21,480 nucleotides of DNA, taken from assembly GCA_043826455.1 (NCBI GenBank), contig JBDRQD010000040.1:1-21480 (forward strand). The letters are read 5' to 3'. Numbering within the stretch: position 1 is the first letter of the stretch; every line of letters starts with the position of its first letter. This DNA comes from Candidatus Bathyarchaeota archaeon (GTDB taxonomy: Archaea; Thermoproteota; Bathyarchaeia; TCS64). The notes under the pieces were generated by a model, which was not told the DNA's origin, made no database searches, and saw only the letters and a list, made by a program, of their open reading frames with translations. Both the position numbers and the translations under genes were made by a program. Below, in pieces: positions 9,681 to 17,368 of this stretch.

Positions 9681-10033
9681 TGTTTCACCTTTTGCCTATT
9701 CAACTAATGTACTTGTTATGTTTAAAAAATTTAGTATTGCGTTTATTATTTTATTACAAATAATTTAATTTATGTCGTAGTTGGGATACATTCAAATTAA
9801 TTTAATATAATATATATGTATTTATGAAGGTAAGAGGAGGTTATTAACATGTTCATCATTTTAGTATTATATGAATAATATTTTTTTCTCGTTCTCCAAG
9901 TTTTAGTTTCATTTTTCTTAATTATTATGCTCCACGTTTTCCCGCCTTTCTATGTTTCTGCTCTGAACGTATAGAGTAATAACTAAATTTATAACTTGGA
10001 AATAAGCCTTCGATCAGAGGTTTAGACGAGGTA
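9681..10033. promoter_or_regulatory. AT-rich divergent promoter region between the membrane operon and the glmL-like operon
   Basis: ACTAAATTTATAA at 9982-9994 (+) and ACTAAATTTTTTAAA at 9735-9721 (-), each about 40 nt from its start codon. Confidence 0.6.
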
Positions 10034-11917
10034 ATGTCTGAGACAGAGATCTCGGTAAAGGATCTGAAGCTGGACAGTTCACGGCTTAAGAAACCCCCTG
10101 AAAAAATGCAGTACATTCTCGCGACTGATGTCGGCAGTACGACCACAAAGGCGAGGCTGTTCGCCAAGAAAGGAGGAGAGTGGAGATACATAGTCAGCGG
10201 CGAGACCCCCACCACAGTCGAGGCTCCCTTCGAGGACGTTACCCGTGGCGTCATGAACGCGGTGAAGGAGATAGAGGACCTCACAGGCTTGACTATACTC
10301 TCAAAGGACCCTGAGGGCGTAGTCGTCCCCTTCGACGGGGAGAGAGGGGTGGACCTCTACTGCACGACGAGCAGCGCCGGCGGAGGCCTCCAGATGATGG
10401 TCACAGGGGTCATCAAGAACATGACCGCGGAGAGCGCCAACAGGGCCGCACTGGGCGCCGGAGCCATCGTCATGGAGGTGCTGGCAACAAATGATAGCAG
10501 GGCTCCCTACAAGAAGATACAGTTGATACGTGGGCTGAGGCCCGACATGATATGTATGGCGGGGGGCACAGACGGTGGCACCATAGAGCACGTTGTGGAG
10601 ATGGCTGAACTCATCAAGGCCGCCGACCCCAAGGCGAGGCTCGGGGTAACCTACGAGCTACCCATTATCTTCGCCGGCAACAAGAACGCGAGGCCCCACA
10701 TCGAGAAGCTGCTGGGCGAGGGCTTCGCCCTGGAGTGCGTCGACAACCTGAGGCCCATCCTCGAGGTGGAGAACACTGACCCCGCCAGGAGGGCCGTCCA
10801 CCTGCTCTTCATGGAGCACGTGATGAGCCACGCCCCGGGTTACCCGAAGCTCATGAAGTGGACAGACGTGGACATCATGCCCACCCCCGCCGGGGAGGGC
10901 ATGGCCATGCAGCTCATCGCCAACAGCACCAAGAAGAACGTGCTGGGCGTCGGCCTAGGCGGAGCCACCACCAACGTCTACAGCATATTCGACGGCAGGT
11001 TCGTACGCAGCGTCAGCGCCAACCTGGGAATGAGCTACAGCATATGCAACGTGATGAAGGAGGCGGGCATCCCCAACATCATGAGGTGGATACCATTCGA
11101 GATAGACGTGGACGAGATACGCAACACCCTGAGGAACAAGATGATCAGGCCGACCACGATCCCGCAGACGCTGAGGGAGCTTATAATTGAGCACGCGACC
11201 GCCCGTGAGGCCCTGAGGCTGGGGCTTGAGCACCACAAGAGCATCGCCACCACACTGAGGGGGGCTCGCGGCGAGTCAGCCTTCGCCAAGGGCATAACAA
11301 GCCAGGAGATGCAGGTCACGTACATCGACATGATGAAGATGGAGATAGTGGCAGGGACAGGTGGTCTCCTGAGCCACGCGCCCAAGAGGGAGCAGTCCAT
11401 GCTTATAATGAACGACGCTTTCCAGTCTGAGGGTGTAACCATGTTCTTCCAGGACAGCGTATTCATGATGCCCCACCTGGGCATCGTATCAACTGTGTTC
11501 CCGGAGGCGGCCTGGAGCATATTTGACAAGGACTGCCTGGTGAGGAACGGCACAGTGGTCGCGGCTCGAGGCACCGGAGCGCGTGGCGAGAAGGTCATGG
11601 ACGTGGAGCTGGTGCTGCCCGGCGACGAGACGGTGAAGGAGTCCCTGTGCTACGGCGACCTGAAGAAGATACTGCTACCCGAGAGGCAGACGGCGGAGAT
11701 CGTCGTCAAGCCCGCCAGGAACTTCGACGTGGGATCCGGCCCCGGTAAAGAATACTCGGGCACCATTGAGGGCGGGGTCGTGGGCGTGGTGCTGGACGCC
11801 AGAGGCAGACCCCTATCGCTGCCCGAGAACAGGGAGGACGCCAAGAAGCTTCTGCTGGGTTGGTGGAACGTCATGGGTCTATACCAGGACGACTTCATGG
11901 AGCTGGTTCAGAGATGA
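10034..11917 (+). CDS. glmL: Glutamate mutase L (GlmL/MutL)-like ASKHA ATPase, long form with C-terminal extension
   Basis: TDVGSTTTK phosphate-1 motif, PTTV...DV..G, SSAGGGL.M, A..AALGAGA, PD.I..AGGTDGG, AGN, PTP, GGATT, NLGM, GTGG. Not the DNA-repair MutL. Confidence 0.88.
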   Translation: MSETEISVKDLKLDSSRLKKPPEKMQYILATDVGSTTTKARLFAKKGGEWRYIVSGETPTTVEAPFEDVTRGVMNAVKEIEDLTGLTILSKDPEGVVVPFDGERGVDLYCTTSSAGGGLQMMVTGVIKNMTAESANRAALGAGAIVMEVLATNDSRAPYKKIQLIRGLRPDMICMAGGTDGGTIEHVVEMAELIKAADPKARLGVTYELPIIFAGNKNARPHIEKLLGEGFALECVDNLRPILEVENTDPARRAVHLLFMEHVMSHAPGYPKLMKWTDVDIMPTPAGEGMAMQLIANSTKKNVLGVGLGGATTNVYSIFDGRFVRSVSANLGMSYSICNVMKEAGIPNIMRWIPFEIDVDEIRNTLRNKMIRPTTIPQTLRELIIEHATAREALRLGLEHHKSIATTLRGARGESAFAKGITSQEMQVTYIDMMKMEIVAGTGGLLSHAPKREQSMLIMNDAFQSEGVTMFFQDSVFMMPHLGIVSTVFPEAAWSIFDKDCLVRNGTVVAARGTGARGEKVMDVELVLPGDETVKESLCYGDLKKILLPERQTAEIVVKPARNFDVGSGPGKEYSGTIEGGVVGVVLDARGRPLSLPENREDAKKLLLGWWNVMGLYQDDFMELVQR

Positions 11918-13059
11918 GCGAAGTAAAGGTGACTGAGGAAGGCCACGCCTACACGCCTGGCCTGAAGATCAAGAGGAGCCTGAGGGTGAGGAAGACTAGG
12001 CGCCTACCCATGCCTGGGGAGGTCTTCGTCAAGGTGGGGGACGAGGTGGACTTCGATACACCTATAGCTGAGATGATGGCTCCGGGCGACCCGTACGTTA
12101 TTAATGCGGCGCAGAAGCTGGGGGTCCCCAAGGAGGACCTCGAGGTCTACATGAAGAAGAAGGTGGGCGACCAGTTGAAGAAGGATGAGCCCATCGCGGG
12201 TTACAACGCCTTCTTCGGGCTCATGAAGAACTGGGTGCTTTCACCCATAGACGGCTTCGTGGAGACCATATCCAACATCTCGGGCCAGATTATTATCCGG
12301 GAGAACCCCGTATCGGTGATGGTGGACTCCTACATAAAGGGAAAGGTGGTGGAGGTGATGCCCACGGAGGGCGCCGTCATAGAGACCCACGCCGCCTTCA
12401 TCCAGGGCATCTTCGGAGTCGGCGGGGAGACCCAGGGCACCATACAGGTGGTGGTGGACTCTCCGAGCCAGCGCCTGACCCCTGACCTCATAACCTCGGA
12501 CCAGAAGGGAAAGATCATAGTCGGGGGCTCCCTGGCCACCAAGGAGGCCCTGGTCAAGGCCAGGGACCTGGGCATAGCCGGGATAGTTGTGGGCGGGGTC
12601 AAGGACACCGACCTCATCGACATGCTGGGCTTCGAGATAGGGGTGGCCATCACGGGCCACGAGGACATCGGGACGACTCTCATCATCACGGAGGGCTTCG
12701 GGGAGATGGATATGAGCCCACGGACCTTCGAGCTCCTGAAGGAGTTTGAGGGCTACATGGCGGCCATCAACGGGGCGACCCAGATCAGGGCGGGGGTCAT
12801 GAGGCCCGAGGTGATCATACCCCACGACAGGAAGGCGTCTGACGAGGGAGAAGGCGAGTTATCAGGCGGGATGAGGCCCGGAACCCCGGTCCGTATAATC
12901 CGGCAGCCCTACTTCGGCATGCACGGTAAGGTTCACAACCTCATCGTGGAGCTGCAGGTGGTGGAGACAGGCTCGGATGTGAGGGTGGTCGAGGTGGAGC
13001 TGGACAGCGGCGAGATCGTGGTGGTCCCCAGGGCCAACGTGGAGATACTGGAGGTCTAG
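11914..13059 (+). CDS. Conserved hypothetical GlmL partner (barrel-sandwich-hybrid-like repeats, C-terminal KOW/SH3-like segment)
   Basis: ATGA overlap with the glmL stop (11914-11917); AYTPGL, VKVGDEV, KKVGDQL..SPIDG, TEGFG, RAGV.RPE, GTPVRIIRQPYFG, VPRANVE. Confidence 0.85.
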   Translation: MSEVKVTEEGHAYTPGLKIKRSLRVRKTRRLPMPGEVFVKVGDEVDFDTPIAEMMAPGDPYVINAAQKLGVPKEDLEVYMKKKVGDQLKKDEPIAGYNAFFGLMKNWVLSPIDGFVETISNISGQIIIRENPVSVMVDSYIKGKVVEVMPTEGAVIETHAAFIQGIFGVGGETQGTIQVVVDSPSQRLTPDLITSDQKGKIIVGGSLATKEALVKARDLGIAGIVVGGVKDTDLIDMLGFEIGVAITGHEDIGTTLIITEGFGEMDMSPRTFELLKEFEGYMAAINGATQIRAGVMRPEVIIPHDRKASDEGEGELSGGMRPGTPVRIIRQPYFGMHGKVHNLIVELQVVETGSDVRVVEVELDSGEIVVVPRANVEILEV

Positions 13060-13343
13060 GCCTCCTCAGCTTTCTTTTTCTCGGCCAGTTCTCTCGCGGC
13101 TCTCTTGCGGACCCTTTTCTTCAGTTGGTAGACGACGAAGGATATGGAGACTACTAGGACGTTGAGGGCCAGTAGGTCGTTTCCAGCCAGCTGGATGACG
13201 TCGCTGAGGTACAGGAGGTCTACCAGGATGGTGAGTATCATGAGTATGTCGCCGACGGATAGGTACAGTTTCTCCCTGTCAGTGATCATACGTTGTGGCC
13301 TCGGCTCTTCGCCCTTCCCCTTTTTCTCGTCCACGGCACTCAT
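13056..13343 (-). CDS. Small two-TM membrane protein, hypothetical
   Basis: Two hydrophobic helices with a charged tail; stop overlaps the convergent gene by 4 nt. Confidence 0.7.
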   Translation of the reverse strand: MSAVDEKKGKGEEPRPQRMITDREKLYLSVGDILMILTILVDLLYLSDVIQLAGNDLLALNVLVVSISFVVYQLKKRVRKRAARELAEKKKAEEA

Positions 13344-13444
13344 GGTGCTCGTGGGGGATTAAAGTCCTTCGAAGATGGGTTTCACGGTCATTTGCTTTGT
13401 GAGGCAGGTATCCCCTAATGATAGAAAAAATCGTCATTAGGGGG

Positions 13445-13727
13445 TACCCCCCCTACGTTTTTCACACATGGTCCCCGGGTCTCGTCGGCGTCGCGGGGAT
13501 GGGTGACTCGTTTTATGACTGAAAAAACCACCATAAAATGATACCCCCCTACATTTTTTACATAAGCCAATGTTTGAGCGGTGGTTAATGTGTTGAATGG
13601 GCCGTGTTTCTGTGTGGAATGGACGGCGTTTTTGCATAGAATGGGGTCGCATCGGACCGGTTCCGAGGCTCCTTTTAGCGTAGGGCACCTGTTTCCGGTT
13701 TTTCTTGCTCTACCCCCTACCATTTTC
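13445..13727 (+). repeat. Three imperfect direct repeats TAC(C)nTAC..TTTT
   Basis: TACCCCCCCTACGTTTTTCACACAT at 13445, TACCCCCCTACATTTTTTACAT at 13542, TACCCCCTACCATTTT at 13711. Confidence 0.6.
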
Positions 13728-13775
13728 CGGGGCTGCTGAACGGATGTGGTGTATACAGCGTATTCAGCGTGGTGG

Positions 13776-13800
13776 CTTATCCCGTGCCAGACGGGATAAG
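13776..13800. other. Perfect 10-bp inverted repeat (hairpin or operator)
   Basis: CTTATCCCGT-GCCAG-ACGGGATAAG. Confidence 0.7.
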
Positions 13801-13930
13801 GCGGAAAAAAATCGATCTTTTGCCTCATGGTTTTCCTTCTTTGAAGTTCCTCATCGTATTCGAAGCGAGGGCATTGGAGAACGCGGGTAATCAAAATCTT
13901 CATTACAGAAAGTTTTCGTAGTTACGCTTG

Positions 13931-14404
13931 ATGGTTGATCCCGGGTTCGGTGAAGTGGAGGGCAGGATCGTGGAGGCCTTGGAGGAGGCTTACTTGGTTC
14001 TTGGTGGAGTCGGGGTTGAGGTTGTGGAGGTTACGGCGGAGGAGTTCTACGACTACCTGACGGGGGAGACCTTCACAGGGGACAAGACCACTCTCTCGGA
14101 CATTCTGGGCAGCCTATACTACGTGGTTCACGAGGTGGTGGAGATAGGTGAGTTGAAGGAGGCGGGTGTGAGGATAGACCGGGGGACGGTTGTTGGTGCG
14201 CCGAGGGAGCTGATCTACGCCGCGCATTTCAGGGCCTTGGATGCGGAGCTGGGGGTGGCTCTGAGGCGGGGCGACTTGGAGTGGGTTAGGGTGAGGGTTG
14301 GTAACCATTACGGGCATTTGACGGGTGACGAGTTCATGCCTGAATGTATGAGGGGGGAGGCGGAGGCCCTGTACGAGAGGTACAGGGAGTATCACGTGGG
14401 TTAG
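13931..14404 (+). CDS. Hypothetical protein with HExxE motif
   Basis: Open 157-aa frame, YVVHEVVE and downstream AH; stop overlaps the convergent creatininase by 4 nt. Confidence 0.75.
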   Translation: MVDPGFGEVEGRIVEALEEAYLVLGGVGVEVVEVTAEEFYDYLTGETFTGDKTTLSDILGSLYYVVHEVVEIGELKEAGVRIDRGTVVGAPRELIYAAHFRALDAELGVALRRGDLEWVRVRVGNHYGHLTGDEFMPECMRGEAEALYERYREYHVG

Positions 14405-15210
14405 AGTTGGTCGTACTGGAGTAGTAGTTCTAGGATGTTGTTGCTCCAGTTTTCGAGGATCTTTTCGCCGGTCTCGGCTGAGGAGTGGGTGGGGTCTCCC
14501 ATGTAGCCGTCGCATATGTCTTCTACGTTGTAGGTGCCCATGGTGCTGAGGCCGGTTATGCGGGGTTCTCCGCCTGGGGCCCAGAAGTCTGGGAGGGGGT
14601 TTCTCCAGTTGGTGGGTTGGTGGGGCATCTTGTCGAGTCTGACTGGTGTGCCGAGGGCCATCATTATGCTTGTTTCGGTTTCTCCTGCGTGGCCGCTGCC
14701 CGGCATCCCGGACTTTAGATATTTTGTCCAGTCGTCGTCCTTGTTTTTGGTCCAGACGGTTTTTAGTAGGAGTATCTTGGCGTCGGTTTGGTCGTATATT
14801 TTTCGGGCTGCTGTGTCTGTCCACATCATGTTGCCTCCGTGGCTGCTGGTTATGAGTATTTTTTTGAAGCCTTGTTTTGCTAGTCCTAGGCATATCTCGG
14901 TCATTACTGTGACTAGGGTTTCTGGTTGGAGGCTTATGGTGCCTGGGTAGTTCATGTGGTGGAGGCTCATGCCGAAGGGTATGCTTGGTGCGAGTAGGAC
15001 TCTTCGTCCGGTTTTGTTGTAGAATTTTTGTGCGGCTCTTTTGGTGACTTCGTGGCCTATGGTGGTGTCGGTTTTGATGGGTAGGTGGGGTCCGTGTTGT
15101 TCCATGGATCCTACGTGGACTATGACGATGCCTGTTTCTTTTTGGGCTTCTTGGATTTCTGGTGAGGTCATCTCTTGGATGAGTATTTTCTGGTCGGTTT
15201 TGTCGGTCAT
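14401..15210 (-). CDS. Creatininase (creatinine amidohydrolase) family protein
   Basis: GSMEQHGPHLP..D, GMSLHHMNYPGT, SHGGN, HAGETETS, GYMGDP. Likely start ATG 15210 (MTDKTD); the upstream low-complexity extension is probably not coding. Confidence 0.93.
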   Translation of the reverse strand: MTDKTDQKILIQEMTSPEIQEAQKETGIVIVHVGSMEQHGPHLPIKTDTTIGHEVTKRAAQKFYNKTGRRVLLAPSIPFGMSLHHMNYPGTISLQPETLVTVMTEICLGLAKQGFKKILITSSHGGNMMWTDTAARKIYDQTDAKILLLKTVWTKNKDDDWTKYLKSGMPGSGHAGETETSIMMALGTPVRLDKMPHQPTNWRNPLPDFWAPGGEPRITGLSTMGTYNVEDICDGYMGDPTHSSAETGEKILENWSNNILELLLQYDQL

Positions 15211-15290
15211 GGGGTATGGGTGGGGTGTGGGTGGATATGTTTTTGGGTGTGTGCGTGTGGGGGGGAGGGGGGGTTCCTTCACCGCCACCG

Positions 15291-15350
15291 CGGTTTGCCT
15301 TTTTTGGGTTTGTTTGGGTGTTCGGAGGCTTTTTCTGGGTCCTTTGGCGG
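15291..15350 (+). repeat. ~60 bp dispersed intergenic repeat, copy 1 (copy 2 at 19805-19866)
   Basis: GGGTTTGTTTGGGTGTTCGGAGGCTTTTTCTGGGTCCTTTGGCGG versus GGGTTTGTTTTCGTGTTCAGAGGCTTTTTCAGGGTTTTTAGGCGG. Confidence 0.65.
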
Positions 15351-15437
15351 TGGTGGTGGTCTTCGGTGATCGTCGTCCATCGCCGCCTTGGAGTATGATC
15401 ATGGTGTGCTGGTGGGTGTCTCTGGGCTGGTTCAGGC

Positions 15438-15599
15438 TCAGTGGAAGGCTTTATCTGCTTGTTTGTGCTGTCGGCGCCACCGCTGCACCTCGTCAGATCC
15501 GCTCCAGGCTGGATCTGTCTTCTCGGCTAGTTTGTCCATGGTCTGGGCGGCTTGGAGCATCTCGTGCTTGATGCGTTTTTTGTTGAGTGTGCCAGTCAT
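15438..15599 (-). CDS. Small protein (53 aa), putative orphan VapB-like antitoxin
   Basis: Translated by hand (below the ORF-track cutoff): MTGTLNKKRIKHEMLQAAQTMDKLAEKTDPAWSGSDEVQRWRRQHKQADKAFH. WSG..E+..WR resembles archaeal VapB-type antitoxin C-termini; preceded by the same 41-nt promoter block as the 16452 gene. Confidence 0.5.
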   Translation of the reverse strand: MTGTLNKKRIKHEMLQAAQTMDKLAEKTDPAWSGSDEVQRWRRQHKQADKAFH

Positions 15600-15647
15600 G
15601 TGGTTGTTGTGTGTTTTCGGAGGTTGATGAATGTTACTAGGGTGGTT

Positions 15648-15869
15648 TCATGCTCGACTGAGGAGGTGCTGCTCCTGGGCCTCCTCCAGTTCCTCGATGC
15701 TCCACGGTATGTGCATGGATGCTTTGGCCTTCCTGGGGTCTGGGACGGGAATCAGGTGGATGCCGTCCTCCTCCACGGAGACTGGGAGCCTGTGGGTTTG
15801 ATGCCGGTCTCTCTTGTGCCGTGGCATGATGCTCCTTCCTACTTTTTCTTCTGATGCTAATAGGTCCAT
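15648..15869 (-). pseudogene. Degenerate AbrB/MazE/SpoVT-type antitoxin or regulator
   Basis: Frame reads GRSIMPRH...RLPVSVEEDGIHLIPVPDP; the AbrB-like RETGIKP segment appears only in an alternative frame in between, suggesting compensating indels. Confidence 0.45.
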
Positions 15870-15976
15870 AAGATTTAATAAACGTTGATTGTTGATGGTT
15901 AAGTGCGCATAAGACCTGTCCGAGGCTGTGACACGGGGTCGTACCTCGTGGGAGCGTGTAGGACAGGCACGCATAT

Positions 15977-16246
15977 TCATCTGGGTTTGTATGCTCTTCC
16001 TCTGAACTCCAGTCGGCTTATCGTTATGATCTTTTCCGTCCAGTCGATGGTGTAGATGGCCCTGATGTTTCCTACCCTCACCCTGTAGTCGTTGTCTCTG
16101 CCGCTGAGTTTGGCCACGTCGAAGTCGTGGTATGGGACCGGATCAGTCTTGAGGATGTCTATGAGTTCGGCTATTGTGTTATGGTGGGTCGGTGAAAGGT
16201 CTTGGAGTCTCTTGTATGCCCTCTTCCTCATTTGGACCCTGAACAA
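15977..16246 (-). CDS. relE: RelE/ParE family type II toxin
   Basis: 89 aa basic protein; RAYKRL..L, KLSG...YRVRVGNIRAIY.ID, RGRAYK. Confidence 0.88.
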   Translation of the reverse strand: MFRVQMRKRAYKRLQDLSPTHHNTIAELIDILKTDPVPYHDFDVAKLSGRDNDYRVRVGNIRAIYTIDWTEKIITISRLEFRGRAYKPR

Positions 16247-16452
16247 GGTTTGGGCTCCTTGTTTTTTGTGGGTCGTTTTAGGGTTTTCCAGATATCTTCC
16301 TCGCCGACTAGCTCGTCTTCGCTCTCCAGGGCCTCTATGTCTTCTGGGGTGGGTTCCTCTGTGGGGATGTGCTGTTCGGCGATCTTCTTGTAGAGGAGGC
16401 GCAGCTCGTGGAGTTCCTGGCGTATGGTTTCGAGGTCTGATGCGTTGGTCAT
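16228..16452 (-). CDS. Putative antitoxin partner of RelE
   Basis: 74 aa with acidic EEPTPEDIEALESEDELVGEED; directly upstream of and overlapping relE. Confidence 0.75.
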   Translation of the reverse strand: MTNASDLETIRQELHELRLLYKKIAEQHIPTEEPTPEDIEALESEDELVGEEDIWKTLKRPTKNKEPKPCSGSK

Positions 16453-16718
16453 GTGGTTTGTTTGTGTTTTCGGGTGGTAATGAATGTTTCTGGGGCGGTT
16501 CAGGCTCGGCGTAGGGTTTGAACGGTGTATGGGAAGCGCCTAATTTACGGGAGCTGATTCGGTTACTTTGTGCTGTTATGAGGTTCAGTGTGATCGTGGA
16601 GAGGGACCGGGACGGGGTCTACGTGGGGTCCGTGGCTGAGCTTCCGGGGTGCCACACTCAGGCTGGGACGGTCGATGAGCTGATGATGCGGATGCGGGAG
16701 GCCGTGGAACTGTACATG
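16321..16718 (+). repeat. ~400 bp direct repeat, copy 1 (antitoxin 5' part, divergent promoter, hicB)
   Basis: Colinear with 19367-19765; the hicB portion 16581-16718 differs from 19628-19765 at only 3 positions. Confidence 0.92.
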
Positions 16719-16733
16719 CGCGTGCGAAACTGA
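16578..16733 (+). CDS. hicB: HicB-like antitoxin, short and probably 3'-truncated, no adjacent hicA
   Basis: MRFSVIVERDRDGVYVGSVAELPGCHTQAGTVDELMMRMREAVELYM, classic HicB N-terminal RNase H-like motif. Confidence 0.8.
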   Translation: MRFSVIVERDRDGVYVGSVAELPGCHTQAGTVDELMMRMREAVELYMRVRN

Positions 16734-16877
16734 GCCATGCGGGTACGTTGTAAGACTGGGTATATACGACAGGACGATCAGAAATAACTATCTAGTCGGC
16801 AACCACAGAGCCGCCACAGTAGGGCTGTGTATACTGGAAAAACTTTAGACCTCATCCCTCTTTTTTCATCATACAAG

Positions 16878-17366
16878 TTATCCTTCTATGTCTCTGTGCA
16901 TAATTGACCGTATGTACCAACCTGAAGGCGTGATGAAAACCTTTTTCTCCTCCCCTTCAACACTGGCTGTCAACCTCCACCCCCACCTCGTAGGGTTTCT
17001 ATCAAAGGAGAGTATTGGCTGGCTAAGTATATCATATTTCTCGCACACTTCATCAAGCAGCTTCTTTGGAGGCTCCTTGAAGAAGTTGATGTTGAAGCCC
17101 CCCGTTTTTTCGTCGTCTTTACAGTGGGAGTTCACCCGCATAATCTCAAGTTCACTATTCACCTGAACTGTGCCACACACGATGTCCTTAAAAAATAGAG
17201 GTACTATCCAAGAATGAAGCTTGTTGTCCTCGTCGTGGAGAGCCACCGGTTCACCTATCTTGGCTCCCTTCAACCTGGCAAAGGGTGGGTCGTGTTGAAA
17301 AAAAGGCCTTGATAAGGCCTCAGAGACTAGTTTTTTCATCTTACCTGTTCTCGAATCCTTCACCAT
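16878..17366 (-). CDS. Hypothetical protein, paralog of the N-terminal domain of the upstream protease
   Basis: Starts 2 nt after the protease stop; GEPVALHDEDNK and QPIL...P..WG..T...GEEKKV align with the protease N-terminus. Confidence 0.8.
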   Translation of the reverse strand: MVKDSRTGKMKKLVSEALSRPFFQHDPPFARLKGAKIGEPVALHDEDNKLHSWIVPLFFKDIVCGTVQVNSELEIMRVNSHCKDDEKTGGFNINFFKEPPKKLLDEVCEKYDILSQPILSFDRNPTRWGWRLTASVEGEEKKVFITPSGWYIRSIMHRDIEG

Positions 17367-17368
17367 CT

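Noticed and set aside
10034..11917. Calling the locus a glutamate mutase operon or DNA mismatch-repair MutL
   Set aside because: No B12-binding or catalytic mutase subunit is in the window, and the motifs are ASKHA-type, not GHKL.
428..12825. Numerous long antisense or alternate-frame ORFs (e.g. 428-1225, 11035-11598, 12241-12825)
   Set aside because: Shadows of GC3-rich real genes; no motifs, fully nested opposite well-supported CDSs.
13445..13727. Possible CRISPR array or tRNA
   Set aside because: Repeats are variable in length with irregular 97 and 169 bp spacing; no cloverleaf or TTCGA T-loop in a tRNA context was found.
13415..13903. 162-aa minus-strand ORF and smaller ORFs in the spacer
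   Set aside because: Atypical composition, no recognisable motif, crosses homopolymer repeats; more likely non-coding.
14114..15627. Low-complexity ORFs (14114-14893, 15041-15571 and others) and the 64-aa N-terminal extension of creatininase
   Set aside because: Artefacts of the G+T skew, which depletes stop codons; they overlap the creatininase or intergenic repeats.
15872..15920. AGTGCGCATAA resembling the XerC arm of the E. coli dif site
   Set aside because: No matching second arm after a 6-bp spacer and the host appears archaeal; only the TGCGCA core is shared with the junction motifs.
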